Of a stretch of DNA of 64,000 nt, positions 10,284-19,708 are shown one piece after another. The notes beneath the pieces were generated by a model. That model saw only the letters and a list, made by a program, of their open reading frames with translations. It ran no database searches and was not told where the DNA came from. The stretch is taken from positions 12,831 through 76,830 of the forward strand of contig JBBCGR010000002.1 of the NCBI GenBank assembly GCA_037201625.1, written 5' to 3'. The translations under genes were made by a program, and so were the position numbers. The stretch is from Acetobacteraceae bacterium. Its GTDB lineage: Bacteria; Pseudomonadota; Alphaproteobacteria; Acetobacterales; Acetobacteraceae. The stretch's first letter is position 1, and every line of letters starts with the position of its first letter.

Positions 10284-11952
10284 TGCGCGCGCCGGGCCGC
10301 GAGGCGCGGATCATGCGGCACAGCAGCAGCACCGGCAGCAGCCCGACCGCGACGATGATCAGCGCCGGCACCGCGGCGGCGTCGAGACGCTCGGTGGTGG
10401 CAAGCTGGAACGCCTCCACCGCGAGCGTGTCGAAGTTGAACGGCCGCAGCATCATGGTCGCGGGCAGTTCCTTCAGCACCTCGACGAACACCAGCAGCAG
10501 CGCGCTCAGCAGGCTGCCGCGCAGCAGCGGGATATGCACCCTCGCCAGCACCCCGCCCGCGGTGGCGCCCAGGGTGCGCGCGGTGTCCGCCAGGCTGGGC
10601 CGGATGCGCGCCAGCCCGGCATCGAGCGGGTTGTAGGCCACGGCGAGGAAGCGCACCGCGCAGCCATAGGCGACCGCGGCGAGGGTGCCGCCGAGCACCA
10701 GGCCGGTGGAGATGCCGAGAAGCTGGCGCGACGTGGCGTCGATCGCCGAGTCGAGCATGCCCACCGCGATCAGCACGCCGACCGCGATCACCACGCCCGG
10801 GGTGGCGTAGCCCAGCAGCGCGGCGCGCATCAGGCCGGGCGCGACCCCGCCCCGGGTCCGCCGCACGGCGTAGACCGCCAGGATCGCGACCCCACAGGTG
10901 GCGAGGCTGACCACTGCGCCAAGCTGCACCGTGTCGCTCACCAGCACGGCCAGCCGCGCGGCCGCCAGCGGTTCGCCGGAGCGCAGCGCCATCGCCGCCA
11001 GCGCGGCCGCCGGGATCGCCAGGCCGAGCGCCGGCGGCAGGCCGCAGGCGAGCGTGGCGGCCACCGCGCGGATGCCGTGCAGCGGCACGGGGCGCAGGTC
11101 GCGATACCGGCTCGAGGTATGCGCATAACGCCGGCGCCCTCGGCTCACGCGCTCCACAAGCAGCACGGCGAACACCGCGAGCAGCAGCAGCGAGGCAAGC
11201 TGCGCCGCCGCCGCCGGGCTGCCATAGGCGAACCAGGCGCGATAGATGCCGGTGGTGAAGGTGGGGACCTCGAAATACCGCACCGCGCCGAAATCGGCGA
11301 GCGTCTCCATCACCGCGAAGCCTGCGCCCGCGGCGATCGCCGGGCGGGCGAGCGGCAGCGCGATGCGTAGGAATGCGCCCCAGGCGGAGCAGCCCAGCGT
11401 GCGGCCGACCTCGAGCGCGCAGATCGACTGGTCGAGGAAGGCGGTTCGCGCCAGCACATAGACGTAGGGGTAGAAAGCCAGCGACAGCACCAGGATCGCC
11501 CCGCCCGGGGAATGGATGGGCGGGAACCAGTAGTCACCCCAGCGCCAGCCGGTGAGCGAGCGGAGCAATCCCTGCAGCGGGCCGGTGAACTGCAGCAGGT
11601 CGGTATAGGCGTAGGCGAGGACGTAGGCCGGCATCGCCAGCGGCAACACCAGCGCCCAGTCGAGCCAGCGGCGGCCGGGGAAGTCGCACATCGCCACCAG
11701 CCAGGCGCAGCCGGTGCCGATGACGATGGTAGCGGCGCCGACGCCGGCGGCCAGCAGCAGCGTATTGCCCAGGTATTCGGCGAGCACCGTGGCGGCGAGG
11801 TGCTGCCACAGCCCGTCGGTGGGGGTGAGGGCGAGGACGAAGATGACCCCGAGCGGCGCGGCGACGACAGCGGCGAGCAGCACGGCGAGCCGTGTGCCGG
11901 GGGCGGGCATCTGGAGGGCTAGGGACATGGAGCGGCCAGCCGCTGTTGACAC
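10276..11952 (-). CDS. iron ABC transporter permease (two fused BPD-type domains, FbpB-like)
   Basis: 558-aa polytopic protein that overlaps the ATPase gene by 8 nt. Start codon uncertain (M1/M9/M15). Confidence 0.85.
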
Positions 11953-12014
11953 TCATTCGCAGGTGGCACGCTAGTACAGCGCCGCGGGTCCTGCCGCAAC
12001 CGGCGGGGCTCTCG

Positions 12015-12076
12015 CAGGACGGGGGAGGGCGGGAAAGCACCGGCGCACCGGTCCCTTCCTGCCCTCCCCCGTCCTG
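12015..12076. terminator. long GC-rich hairpin downstream of the hydrolase gene
   Basis: CAGGACGGGGGAGGGCGGGAA (12015-12035) pairs with TTCCTGCCCTCCCCCGTCCTG (12056-12076) with one mismatch. No clear U-tract. Confidence 0.4.
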
Positions 12077-12098
12077 GGTGGAGATCTGGGTTAGACGA

Positions 12099-12764
12099 TC
12101 AGTCCGCGGCGAGCGCCATGGCGCGGCGGGCGATCGCCTTGCCGCAGTAATCCTCGATCGCCTCGGACACCCGTTCGGCGTGCTCGGCGAACACATGGTC
12201 GGCGCCGTCGAAGATCCGGTAGTCCACGCTGACGCCCTTCTGGGTGTTCAGCTTGTCCACCAGCTTGCGGACCGCGACCTCGGGCACGAGTTCATCGGAG
12301 TCGCCGTGCAGCATCAGGCCGCCGCATGGACAAGGCGCCAAGAACCCGAAATCGTAGTGGTTCGCGGGCGGGGCGACGCTGACCCAGCCGGAGATCTCCG
12401 GCCGGCGCATCAGCAACTGCATGCCGATGAACGCACCGAACGAATAGCCGGCGATCCACAACCCCCCATGGTTGGGATTGACCGCCTGCATCCAGTCGAG
12501 CGCGGCAGCGGCGTCCCCTATTTCGCCGATTCCGCCGTCGTACCGGCCTTGGCTGCGACCAACCCCACGAAAATTGAACCGCATCACCGAGCAACCGAGA
12601 CGCTGGTACGACTGGTACATCGAGTAAGTGACTCGATTGTTCATCGTCCCGCCGTGCAGCGGATGCGGATGAAGGATCAGCGCGACGGGCGCACCGGTCT
12701 CCTTCGAGTGGTGGTATCGGCCCTCCAGCCGGCCGTCAGGGCCGGCAAACATCACCTCTGGCAT
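12099..12764 (-). CDS. alpha/beta hydrolase fold protein
   Basis: Nucleophile elbow GYSFGA, HGGTMNN and HGDSDELVP blocks. Start taken at MPEVMFAGPDG (12764) rather than the ORF start at 12842. Confidence 0.75.
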   Translation of the reverse strand: MPEVMFAGPDGRLEGRYHHSKETGAPVALILHPHPLHGGTMNNRVTYSMYQSYQRLGCSVMRFNFRGVGRSQGRYDGGIGEIGDAAAALDWMQAVNPNHGGLWIAGYSFGAFIGMQLLMRRPEISGWVSVAPPANHYDFGFLAPCPCGGLMLHGDSDELVPEVAVRKLVDKLNTQKGVSVDYRIFDGADHVFAEHAERVSEAIEDYCGKAIARRAMALAAD

Positions 12765-13104
12765 GGCGTTCCGAAACCGCTTTCCTGTCGAACCGGGCAG
12801 CGCCGCTACGAAACCTGAAGGCTCCGACCGCCGCCACTCCAATAAATAAGCCCCTATCCCCGCGCCCGATCGGGTTCACTCACTAGAATAGGAACGCATT
12901 CCCCGCATTACAGTTCCGCGTGAATTCTTGACCCAAGAGGTCGGAATATCTAGCCTACGCGGAGCGGCGCTGGTGCCGCAGGGTCTGCTTCCTCCACTAT
13001 CAGTTCGGCCCCCCCGACCGGCCGTCCCCCGGGACTGGGCTCCAGGTCCCAAGGTCCAGATACTATAGGGTAGAAGCCCCGGTACTTCATAACGGAATTG
13101 TCGC

Positions 13105-13797
13105 ATGGCTTTCATGTTCCTGCGTGAGACCATCCGGACGTATCGGGAACGCGACCCGGCAGCACGCTCCGACCTCGAGGTCCTGTTGTGCTATCCGGGC
13201 CTGCATGCCGTCATGTGGCACCGATTGTCGCATTGGCTATGGGGCCACCGACTCTATTTACTTGGCCGCTTCTCCTCCCACATCGCCCGCTGGCTGACCG
13301 GTATCGAAATCCACCCGGCCGCCAAGCTCGGCCGCCGCCTGGTGATCGACCACGGCATGGGCGTGGTGATCGGCGAGACGGCCGAAGTGGGCGACGACTG
13401 CTACCTCTACCATCAGGTCACCCTGGGCGTGGCCCGCACCAGCGGCGGCAAGCGGCACCCGAGCGTGGGCAACAACGTCATCATCGGCGCCGGTGCGAAG
13501 GTGCTGGGGCCGATCAAGGTCGGCAACAACGCCCGCGTCGGCTCCAACGCCGTCGTGCTGGACAACGTTCCCGACGACACCACCGTGGTGGGGATTCCCG
13601 CCCGCTCGGTCGATCGCACGCCGGTGCGTGACCGCAAGATGCCGGGCTTCGACCCCTACGGCATCCCCTGCGACGGCAGCCTGGACCCGCTGCTGCGCGA
13701 CCTCGACCAGATGCACTGCGAACTGGCCGAACTGGAGGCGCGGGTCGCGCGGGTGGCCGAGGAGCAGATGCGGCAGCGGCAGGCGGCGGCGGAGTAG
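13105..13797 (+). CDS. cysE: serine O-acetyltransferase
   Basis: [26 protein letters not shown], then hexapeptide repeats ([27 protein letters not shown]). Confidence 0.9.
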   Translation: MAFMFLRETIRTYRERDPAARSDLEVLLCYPGLHAVMWHRLSHWLWGHRLYLLGRFSSHIARWLTGIEIHPAAKLGRRLVIDHGMGVVIGETAEVGDDCYLYHQVTLGVARTSGGKRHPSVGNNVIIGAGAKVLGPIKVGNNARVGSNAVVLDNVPDDTTVVGIPARSVDRTPVRDRKMPGFDPYGIPCDGSLDPLLRDLDQMHCELAELEARVARVAEEQMRQRQAAAE

Positions 13798-13800
13798 ACG

Positions 13801-14298
13801 GTGCAACTCTCCACCCGCGGCCGCTATGCGGTCATGGCCATGGTGGACCTGGCCACCCAGCAGACCCTGGCCACCCAGCAGACTCTGGGCTGCCCGTGCG
13901 GCCCGGTCTGCCTGGCCGAGATCGCCGCCCGCCAGCGGCTGAGCCAGGCCTATCTGGAACAGCTCTTCGGCAAGCTGCGGCGCGCCGGCCTGGTCGAATC
14001 GTCACGTGGCCCGGGTGGCGGCTACCGGCTGACCCGCTCGTCCGCGGCGATCGCGGTGGCCGAGATCATCGCTGCGGTCGACGAGCGCACGCAGGCGACC
14101 CGCTGCGAGACGGGCAGCGCCGGCTGCATCGAGGCCGATGACGGCCCGGTGCGCTGCCAGACGCACGATCTGTGGGAGGAGCTTGGCCGGCAGATCCAGT
14201 TCTTCCTGCGGGCGGTCACCCTGGCGGATGTGGTCTCCGGCAAAGTGGCGGGCCGCGCCGTCCCGCTCGATGAAGGCCGGCGCCTGGCGGCGGACTGA
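13801..14298 (+). CDS. Rrf2 family transcriptional regulator (IscR/CymR-like)
   Basis: GTG start. MQLSTRGRYAVMAMVDLA..., wHTH, Cys residues C..C....C. Contains an internal TQQTLATQQTL duplication. Confidence 0.85.
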   Translation: MQLSTRGRYAVMAMVDLATQQTLATQQTLGCPCGPVCLAEIAARQRLSQAYLEQLFGKLRRAGLVESSRGPGGGYRLTRSSAAIAVAEIIAAVDERTQATRCETGSAGCIEADDGPVRCQTHDLWEELGRQIQFFLRAVTLADVVSGKVAGRAVPLDEGRRLAAD

Positions 14299-14302
14299 GG
14301 GC

Positions 14303-15400
14303 ATGGTCTATCTCGACGCCAACGCCACCGAACCGCTTCGCCCCGAGGCGCGCGCCGCGATGCTGGCGGCGCTCGAGGTCACCGGCAATCCATCGTCGGT
14401 GCATGCCGCCGGGCGGGCGGCACGGTGCATTCTGGAGGACGCGCGCGAGGCGCTCGCGGCCCGGTTCGGCGCGGCGCCGGCGAACCTGGTGTTCACCTCC
14501 GGCGGCACCGAGGCCGATGCGCTGGCGATTCACGCCCTGGGTGCCGGAAGGCGGGTGATCGTCGGGGCGACCGAGCACGCCGCGGTGTTTGCCGCCGCAC
14601 CCGGCGCCGCCACGCTGCCGGTCGACTGCGACGGGGTCGCCGACCTGGCGTGGCTCGCCGCCTGGCTGGCGGACGGGCCGGCCGCCCTGGTGTGCCTGAT
14701 GGCGGCGAACAACGAGACGGGCACGCTGCAGCCGATCGCCGAGGCCGCCGCCCTGTGCCGCCGCCATGGCGCCTGGCTGCACGTCGACGCCGTGCAGGCC
14801 GCGGGGCGCAGCCATGTGTCCCTCGCGGCGCTGGGGGCGCACAGCGTGGCGATCTCCTCCCACAAGCTCGGCGGCCCGCCGGGCGCCGGCGCGCTGCTGC
14901 TGGCGCCCGGGGCGGCCGCGATCGCGCCGCTGATCGCCGGCGGCGGCCAGGAGCGCGGCCGGCGCGGCGGCACCCCTGCCCTGCCCGCCATCGCCGGCTT
15001 CGCCGCCGCGGCCCGGGCGGCGACCGGCGCCCCCCACCTGGCCGCACTGCGCGATGCGGCCGAAGCCGCCGCGGCCGGCGCGGGCGCGCTGGTGTGCGGG
15101 GGCGGCACGACCCGGCTCGATAACACCACCTGCCTGGCGCTGCCCGGGATTCGCGCCGATGCGCAGGTGATCGCGCTCGACCTGGATGGCGTCGCGGTCA
15201 GCGCCGGCGCCGCCTGCAGCTCCGGCAGGATGGCCGCGAGCCACGTGCTGGCGGCGATGGGCCTCGGGCCGCTGGCCAGCGAGGCCATCCGGGTCTCATT
15301 GCCATGGAACGCAACCGAGGCGGACGTCGCGGCCTTCGCCGCAGCATACCATCGCATGGCGGAGCGGCTCCGCCCGGCGCTGGCACCGCGCGCCGCCTGA
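14303..15400 (+). CDS. cysteine desulfurase (class V aminotransferase, NifS-like)
   Basis: MVYLDANATEPL, PLP-lysine SSHKLGGP, catalytic loop SAGAACSSG. ATG 14303 lies directly after the Rrf2 stop. Confidence 0.85.
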   Translation: MVYLDANATEPLRPEARAAMLAALEVTGNPSSVHAAGRAARCILEDAREALAARFGAAPANLVFTSGGTEADALAIHALGAGRRVIVGATEHAAVFAAAPGAATLPVDCDGVADLAWLAAWLADGPAALVCLMAANNETGTLQPIAEAAALCRRHGAWLHVDAVQAAGRSHVSLAALGAHSVAISSHKLGGPPGAGALLLAPGAAAIAPLIAGGGQERGRRGGTPALPAIAGFAAAARAATGAPHLAALRDAAEAAAAGAGALVCGGGTTRLDNTTCLALPGIRADAQVIALDLDGVAVSAGAACSSGRMAASHVLAAMGLGPLASEAIRVSLPWNATEADVAAFAAAYHRMAERLRPALAPRAA

Positions 15401-15416
15401 ACCCACATTGGTCCGC

Positions 15417-16619
15417 ATGATCGAAGCCCCGCCCCGCCCCAACCGGCCCGTCTACCTCGACAACCAGGCCACCACCCGCTGCGACCCCCGCGTGGTGGCC
15501 GCCATGCTGCCGTGGTTCACCGAGCATTACGGCAACCCGCACAGCGTCGAGCATGTCATGGGCACCGAGGCGGAAGCGGCGGTCGAGGACGCACGCGGCC
15601 ATGTCGCGGCCCTGGTCGGCGCCGATGCCAAGGAGATCGTGTTCACCTCCGGCGCGACCGAGAGCAACAACATCGCCATCAAGGGCGCGGCGCGGTTCGC
15701 GCTGCAGGCGGGCACCGAGCGCCGCCGCATCGTGACGGCGGCGACCGAGCACAAATGCGTCCTCGAATCGGTCGCCGACCTGGCGGCGGAGGGGTTCGAG
15801 CCGGTGGTCCTGCCGGTGCGTCCCGACGGCCTGCTGGATCCCGATGTCCTGCGTGAGGCCTTGGCGGCGCCGACGCTGCTGGTCAGTCTCATGGCAGTGA
15901 ACAACGAGACGGGCGTGATACAGGACATCGCCGGCCTCGCGACGATCGCCAAGCAGGCCGGCGCGCTGTTCCACACCGACATCGCCCAGGCGACCGGCAA
16001 GATCCCGCTCGATCTCACCGGATGGAAGGTCGACCTGGCCTCGATCAGCGGCCACAAGATCTATGGGCCGAAGGGCATCGGCGCCCTCTATGTGCGGCGC
16101 CGGCCGAGAGTGCGGCTGGTGCCGCTGTTCTCGGGCGGCGGCCAGGAGCGTGGCCTGCGCTCCGGCACGCTGGCGGCGCCGCTGATCGTCGGGCTGGGCG
16201 AAGCCTGCCGGCTGGCGCAGGCGGAGATGGCGCAGGAGGCGACGCGGCTGGCCGGCCTGCGCGACGGGCTGCTGCGGCGGCTGCAGGCGGTAATCCCCGG
16301 CCTGCGGGTGAATGGCAGCAGGACCGCGCGGATCGCCGGCAACCTGAACCTGACCTTCCCCGCCGTGACCGCCGCCGACCTGATGGCACGCATCCCAGAC
16401 CTCTGCGTCTCCACCGGCTCCGCCTGCTCCTCGGCCGCGATCGAGCCGTCCTACGTGCTGCGGGCGCTCGGGCTGGACGATGGCGCGGCCGGACGCACCT
16501 TGCGCATCGGGATCGGACGCTTTACCTCGCCGGCCGATATCGACTACGCGGCGGCGGCGCTGGAAGCGGCCCATGCCGGGGCCCCGGCGCCCAGCATCGA
16601 ACACCTTGCCAAGGCCTGA
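15417..16619 (+). CDS. cysteine desulfurase, IscS/NifS-like
   Basis: VYLDNQATT, ISGHKIYGPKGIGALY (PLP Lys), STGSACSS catalytic Cys. Start ATG 15417. Confidence 0.9.
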   Translation: MIEAPPRPNRPVYLDNQATTRCDPRVVAAMLPWFTEHYGNPHSVEHVMGTEAEAAVEDARGHVAALVGADAKEIVFTSGATESNNIAIKGAARFALQAGTERRRIVTAATEHKCVLESVADLAAEGFEPVVLPVRPDGLLDPDVLREALAAPTLLVSLMAVNNETGVIQDIAGLATIAKQAGALFHTDIAQATGKIPLDLTGWKVDLASISGHKIYGPKGIGALYVRRRPRVRLVPLFSGGGQERGLRSGTLAAPLIVGLGEACRLAQAEMAQEATRLAGLRDGLLRRLQAVIPGLRVNGSRTARIAGNLNLTFPAVTAADLMARIPDLCVSTGSACSSAAIEPSYVLRALGLDDGAAGRTLRIGIGRFTSPADIDYAAAALEAAHAGAPAPSIEHLAKA

Positions 16620-16637
16620 ACGGAAGCGATTGCCCAG

Positions 16638-16970
16638 ATGCCGAAGATGACGTTCATCGAGCGCGACGGGACGCGCCGCGAGGTCGACGCGCCGCTCGGC
16701 CTGTCGGTGCTGGAGATCGCGCATATGCACGGCGTGGACATCGAGGGAGCCTGCGAGGGCTCGCTCGCCTGCTCCACCTGTCACGTCATCGTCGATCCGG
16801 CCTGGTCCAAGCGGCTCGCCGAACCGACCGAGGACGAGGAGGACATGCTCGACCTGGCGTTCGGCCTGACCGAGACGTCGCGGCTGGGCTGCCAGATCGT
16901 GATCACCGAGGCGCTGGATGGCCTGGTGGTGAAGCTGCCCGCCGGCACCCGCAACCTGATGGGCGACTGA
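16638..16970 (+). CDS. fdx: 2Fe-2S ferredoxin (adrenodoxin/Fdx type)
   Basis: 110 aa. [12 protein letters not shown] ... LGCQ cluster ligand pattern. Confidence 0.9.
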   Translation: MPKMTFIERDGTRREVDAPLGLSVLEIAHMHGVDIEGACEGSLACSTCHVIVDPAWSKRLAEPTEDEEDMLDLAFGLTETSRLGCQIVITEALDGLVVKLPAGTRNLMGD

Positions 16971-16974
16971 GCCG

Positions 16975-18102
16975 ATGCGCATCCTCGTCGCGATGTCCGG
17001 CGGCGTGGACAGCAGCACCGTCGCCGGATTGTTGCGTGAGGCCGGCCACGAGGTGGTCGGCGTCACGCTGCAACTGTACGATCACGGCGCCGCGGTGGGG
17101 CGGAAGGGCGCCTGCTGTGCCGGCCAGGACATCCACGACGCGCGCCGGGTGGCCGACCACCTGGGCATCCCGCACTACGTGATCGACGCGGAGAAGCGGT
17201 TCGCCGATGCGGTGATCGGGGACTTTGCCGACAGCTACGCCGCGGGCGAGACGCCGGTGCCCTGCGTGCGCTGCAACCAGACGGTGAAGTTCGCCGACCT
17301 GACGGCACTGGCCGCGGGGCTGGGCTGCGAGCGGCTGGCCACGGGCCACTATGTGCGGCGGCTGGACGGGCCGACCGGCCCCGAACTGCATCGCGCCGTC
17401 GATGAAACGCGCGACCAGAGCTGGTTCCTGTTCGCCACCACGCGCGCGCAGCTTGCGCGGACGCTGTTCCCGCTGGGCGCGATGGCGGACAAGCAGGCAG
17501 TGCGCGCCGAGGCGGAGCGTCTCGGCCTGCCCGTGGCGGCCAAGGCGGACAGCCAGGACATCTGCTTCGTCCCCTCGGGCAGCTACGCCGAGACCGTGGT
17601 GCGGCTGCGCCCCGATGCCGGCGCGCCGGGCGAGATCGTCAGCCGCGACGGCCGCGTGCTGGGCCGGCATGACGGGATCGCCCGCTACACGGTGGGTCAG
17701 GGGCGGCGCCTCGGCGCGGCCGCGCAGGATGCCGGGCAGCAGCAGGCGGTGGTCGCGCTGGAGCCGGCGACGCGTCGGGTGGTGGTGGGCCCGCGGAGCG
17801 CCGGCACGCGGCAGGTGCGGCTGCGCGAGGTGAACTGGCTGGTCGACGCGCCGGTCGCGCCGCTGGCCTGCCAGGTGAAGCTGCGGGCGCGCGAGGCGCC
17901 CCATCCGGCGCAGGTGCTGGGCGAGGATGTGACGCTGGAGATGCCGGCGCTGCCGGCGCCGGGGCAGGCCTGCGTGTTCTATGACGGGAGCCGTGTGCTG
18001 GGTGGCGGCTTCATCTGCCGCGGCACGGTGGTTGACGTGGCAGGGGAGGGCGGACTATCTCCCCTCCCCTCCGGATCGGATGGCGGCGTAGCTCAGCGGT
18101 AG
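16975..18102 (+). CDS. mnmA: tRNA 2-thiouridine(34) synthase
   Basis: PP-loop MRILVAMSGGVDSS, CCAGQD and VPC.RCN motifs. The last ~20 nt overlap the tRNA gene. Confidence 0.9.
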   Translation: MRILVAMSGGVDSSTVAGLLREAGHEVVGVTLQLYDHGAAVGRKGACCAGQDIHDARRVADHLGIPHYVIDAEKRFADAVIGDFADSYAAGETPVPCVRCNQTVKFADLTALAAGLGCERLATGHYVRRLDGPTGPELHRAVDETRDQSWFLFATTRAQLARTLFPLGAMADKQAVRAEAERLGLPVAAKADSQDICFVPSGSYAETVVRLRPDAGAPGEIVSRDGRVLGRHDGIARYTVGQGRRLGAAAQDAGQQQAVVALEPATRRVVVGPRSAGTRQVRLREVNWLVDAPVAPLACQVKLRAREAPHPAQVLGEDVTLEMPALPAPGQACVFYDGSRVLGGGFICRGTVVDVAGEGGLSPLPSGSDGGVAQR

Positions 18103-18156
18103 AGCAGGGGAATCATAATCCCTTGGTCGGTGGTTCAAATCCGCCCGCCGCTACCA
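18082..18156 (+). tRNA. tRNA-Met (anticodon CAT; an Ile2 identity via lysidine cannot be excluded)
   Basis: Hand-folded cloverleaf: acceptor GGCGGCG/CGCCGCT, D arm GCTC..GAGC, anticodon stem GGGGA/TCCCT with loop ATCATAA, T arm GGTGG TTCAAAT CCGCC, encoded CCA. Confidence 0.9.
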
Positions 18157-18179
18157 TCTTTTCAATGGGTTAGCAGACA

Positions 18180-19430
18180 CTACGAGGCGCGTTTGGCAGT
18201 TCGCGCTCCCTTGCGTTTGGCAGTCGCCGGTCCTGCTGCGTTCTTGATCGGCAGCACGATCGCCTCTGCGGTGCTCGCTGCCAGGCGTTTCTGATCGGCG
18301 CCTCGCGCGTAGTGGCGAGAGGCGGTGGCCGTCCTGTGGCCCAACAAGGCCTGGATCCCCTGCTCGCTTGCTCCACCGTCAGCCGCCCAGCTCGCCGCTG
18401 CGCCACGCAGGCCGTGCCACACAAGTCCATCGAGGCCGGCTGCTCGGATCGCTTGGCCAGCCGCCTTCTGAAAGGCGTTGGCTATCCACGGCGTCTCGTC
18501 GGGCCTGGTAAGGATGGTGAGCGCGGCGATCGTCGACCCGCCCATCGCCTGCTGACGCGCATCACGACGGCGGTCCAACTCGGCCCGCAAGGCGGGCTGA
18601 CAAGGCACCCAGAGTTTGACCGTGGCATTGCCTTTCAGCTGCACCACGTGGATCCCGGCGCCGTCATAATCGGCCCATCGCATCTTCACCTGATCCTGCC
18701 CGCGCTGGGCCGTCAGGAGCGCCAGCAGCGCGGCGAATCGCCACTCCTCATTGGCCCGCTCGTAGAACTGCGTGAACTCCTCCGGCCGCCACGGCCGGAA
18801 CCCTTCACCTCCCGTTTTCAGTCGCTTCGGGCGCAAGGCAGGATTGTCCGCCCGCCAGCCCAGCGCGTCGACGGCGAAGGTCATCAGGATCGATAGGACC
18901 GTGATCACGCGGTTTGCCTGGCGGCCATTCCACACCCGCTCGGTCGCTCCATCGGCGCCACCGCGCACCGCCACTTCGCGCCAAGCATAGCGGCCCCGGA
19001 TCTGAGCAACATGCTGTCGGCGCAGGCCGTCCACCAGCAGCTTGCCCCAGTCGCGCACCAGCGGCGCCAGGGCCTTCTCATAATCCCGTTTGGTTTCCGG
19101 CGCCTTCTCGGCCCATTCGTCGCTCGCCCGGTACTTCTGGATCAGGTCGGCGATGCTGTGGGGGCGCACAGCTCGGGCAGCCGCCGCATCGGCAGCGGCG
19201 CGTTGTGCTGCCTCATGCGCCTCGTGCGTTCGCTGCCATGCGGAAACGAGGGCCGTTGTGTCGGCAGGATCAACGGGCGTCCCGTCATCGCCCAGCAGCC
19301 GTCGGCGGAACCCGTCGCGCCGGTAGTAGGCGACCATGCGGCCGCGAGCGCGAAACGTCTCCAGGTAGGCCAGCTTCACCGATGCCACATGCGGCATCCC
19401 ACTCTGCGACTGGATCAGGCTCGGGGGCAT
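18180..19430 (-). CDS. int: tyrosine-type phage integrase
   Basis: C-terminal catalytic region HGLRGAAASW...LLGHRTATASRHYAR. N-terminus like MPHVASVKLAYLETFRARGRMVAYYRRDG. Start is 19430 or 19397. Confidence 0.9.
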   Translation of the reverse strand: MPPSLIQSQSGMPHVASVKLAYLETFRARGRMVAYYRRDGFRRRLLGDDGTPVDPADTTALVSAWQRTHEAHEAAQRAAADAAAARAVRPHSIADLIQKYRASDEWAEKAPETKRDYEKALAPLVRDWGKLLVDGLRRQHVAQIRGRYAWREVAVRGGADGATERVWNGRQANRVITVLSILMTFAVDALGWRADNPALRPKRLKTGGEGFRPWRPEEFTQFYERANEEWRFAALLALLTAQRGQDQVKMRWADYDGAGIHVVQLKGNATVKLWVPCQPALRAELDRRRDARQQAMGGSTIAALTILTRPDETPWIANAFQKAAGQAIRAAGLDGLVWHGLRGAAASWAADGGASEQGIQALLGHRTATASRHYARGADQKRLAASTAEAIVLPIKNAAGPATAKRKGARTAKRAS

Positions 19431-19626
19431 GGCCGGCGCCCCCCGCTTCGAACAGGCGGTTGAGATAGTCATCCAGGTTGTCCCGCAGGTAAATGATCCG
19501 GCCAGGCGAGTGGCGACGGGGCGGTGCGACTTCACCCGCCTCAACCTTCGCACGCAGACCCGTCACCGACAGTCCGATATACTCGGCTGCAAGCTCTTCC
19601 CGCATTCCGCGCGGCCAGCCAGGCAT
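19285..19626 (-). CDS. xis: excisionase / AlpA-like helix-turn-helix protein
   Basis: MREELAAEYIGLSVTGLRAKVEAGEVAPP...IIYLRDNLDDYL. The ORF tail overlaps the integrase start by more than 100 nt in another frame. Confidence 0.6.
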   Translation of the reverse strand: MPGWPRGMREELAAEYIGLSVTGLRAKVEAGEVAPPRRHSPGRIIYLRDNLDDYLNRLFEAGGAGHAPEPDPVAEWDAACGIGEAGLPGDVSRSRPHGRLLPARRVPPTAAGR

Positions 19627-19708
19627 TCGCCGTTCACGTCGAGGCTCCGCTGGCCGATCGCCGCGTAGCCCCTGCTCGCGAGTGGCGGCGATGCTCGCGT
19701 CGGCGCGA

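Noticed and set aside
12960-13060. Minus-strand GGAGGAAGCAGACC resembling the SRP (4.5S) RNA conserved GGAAGGAAGCAGCC motif.
   Set aside because: The flanking sequence cannot form the helix-8 tetraloop and symmetric-loop structure (no UCC/GGA closing pairs), so I do not call an ffs gene.
14138-15400. Extended N-termini of several track ORFs (14138, 15186, 3162, 8029, 12842, 27022, 28602 starts).
   Set aside because: The upstream extensions overlap the preceding gene or read as Arg-rich junk. Internal ATGs with Shine-Dalgarno motifs coincide with the conserved family N-termini.
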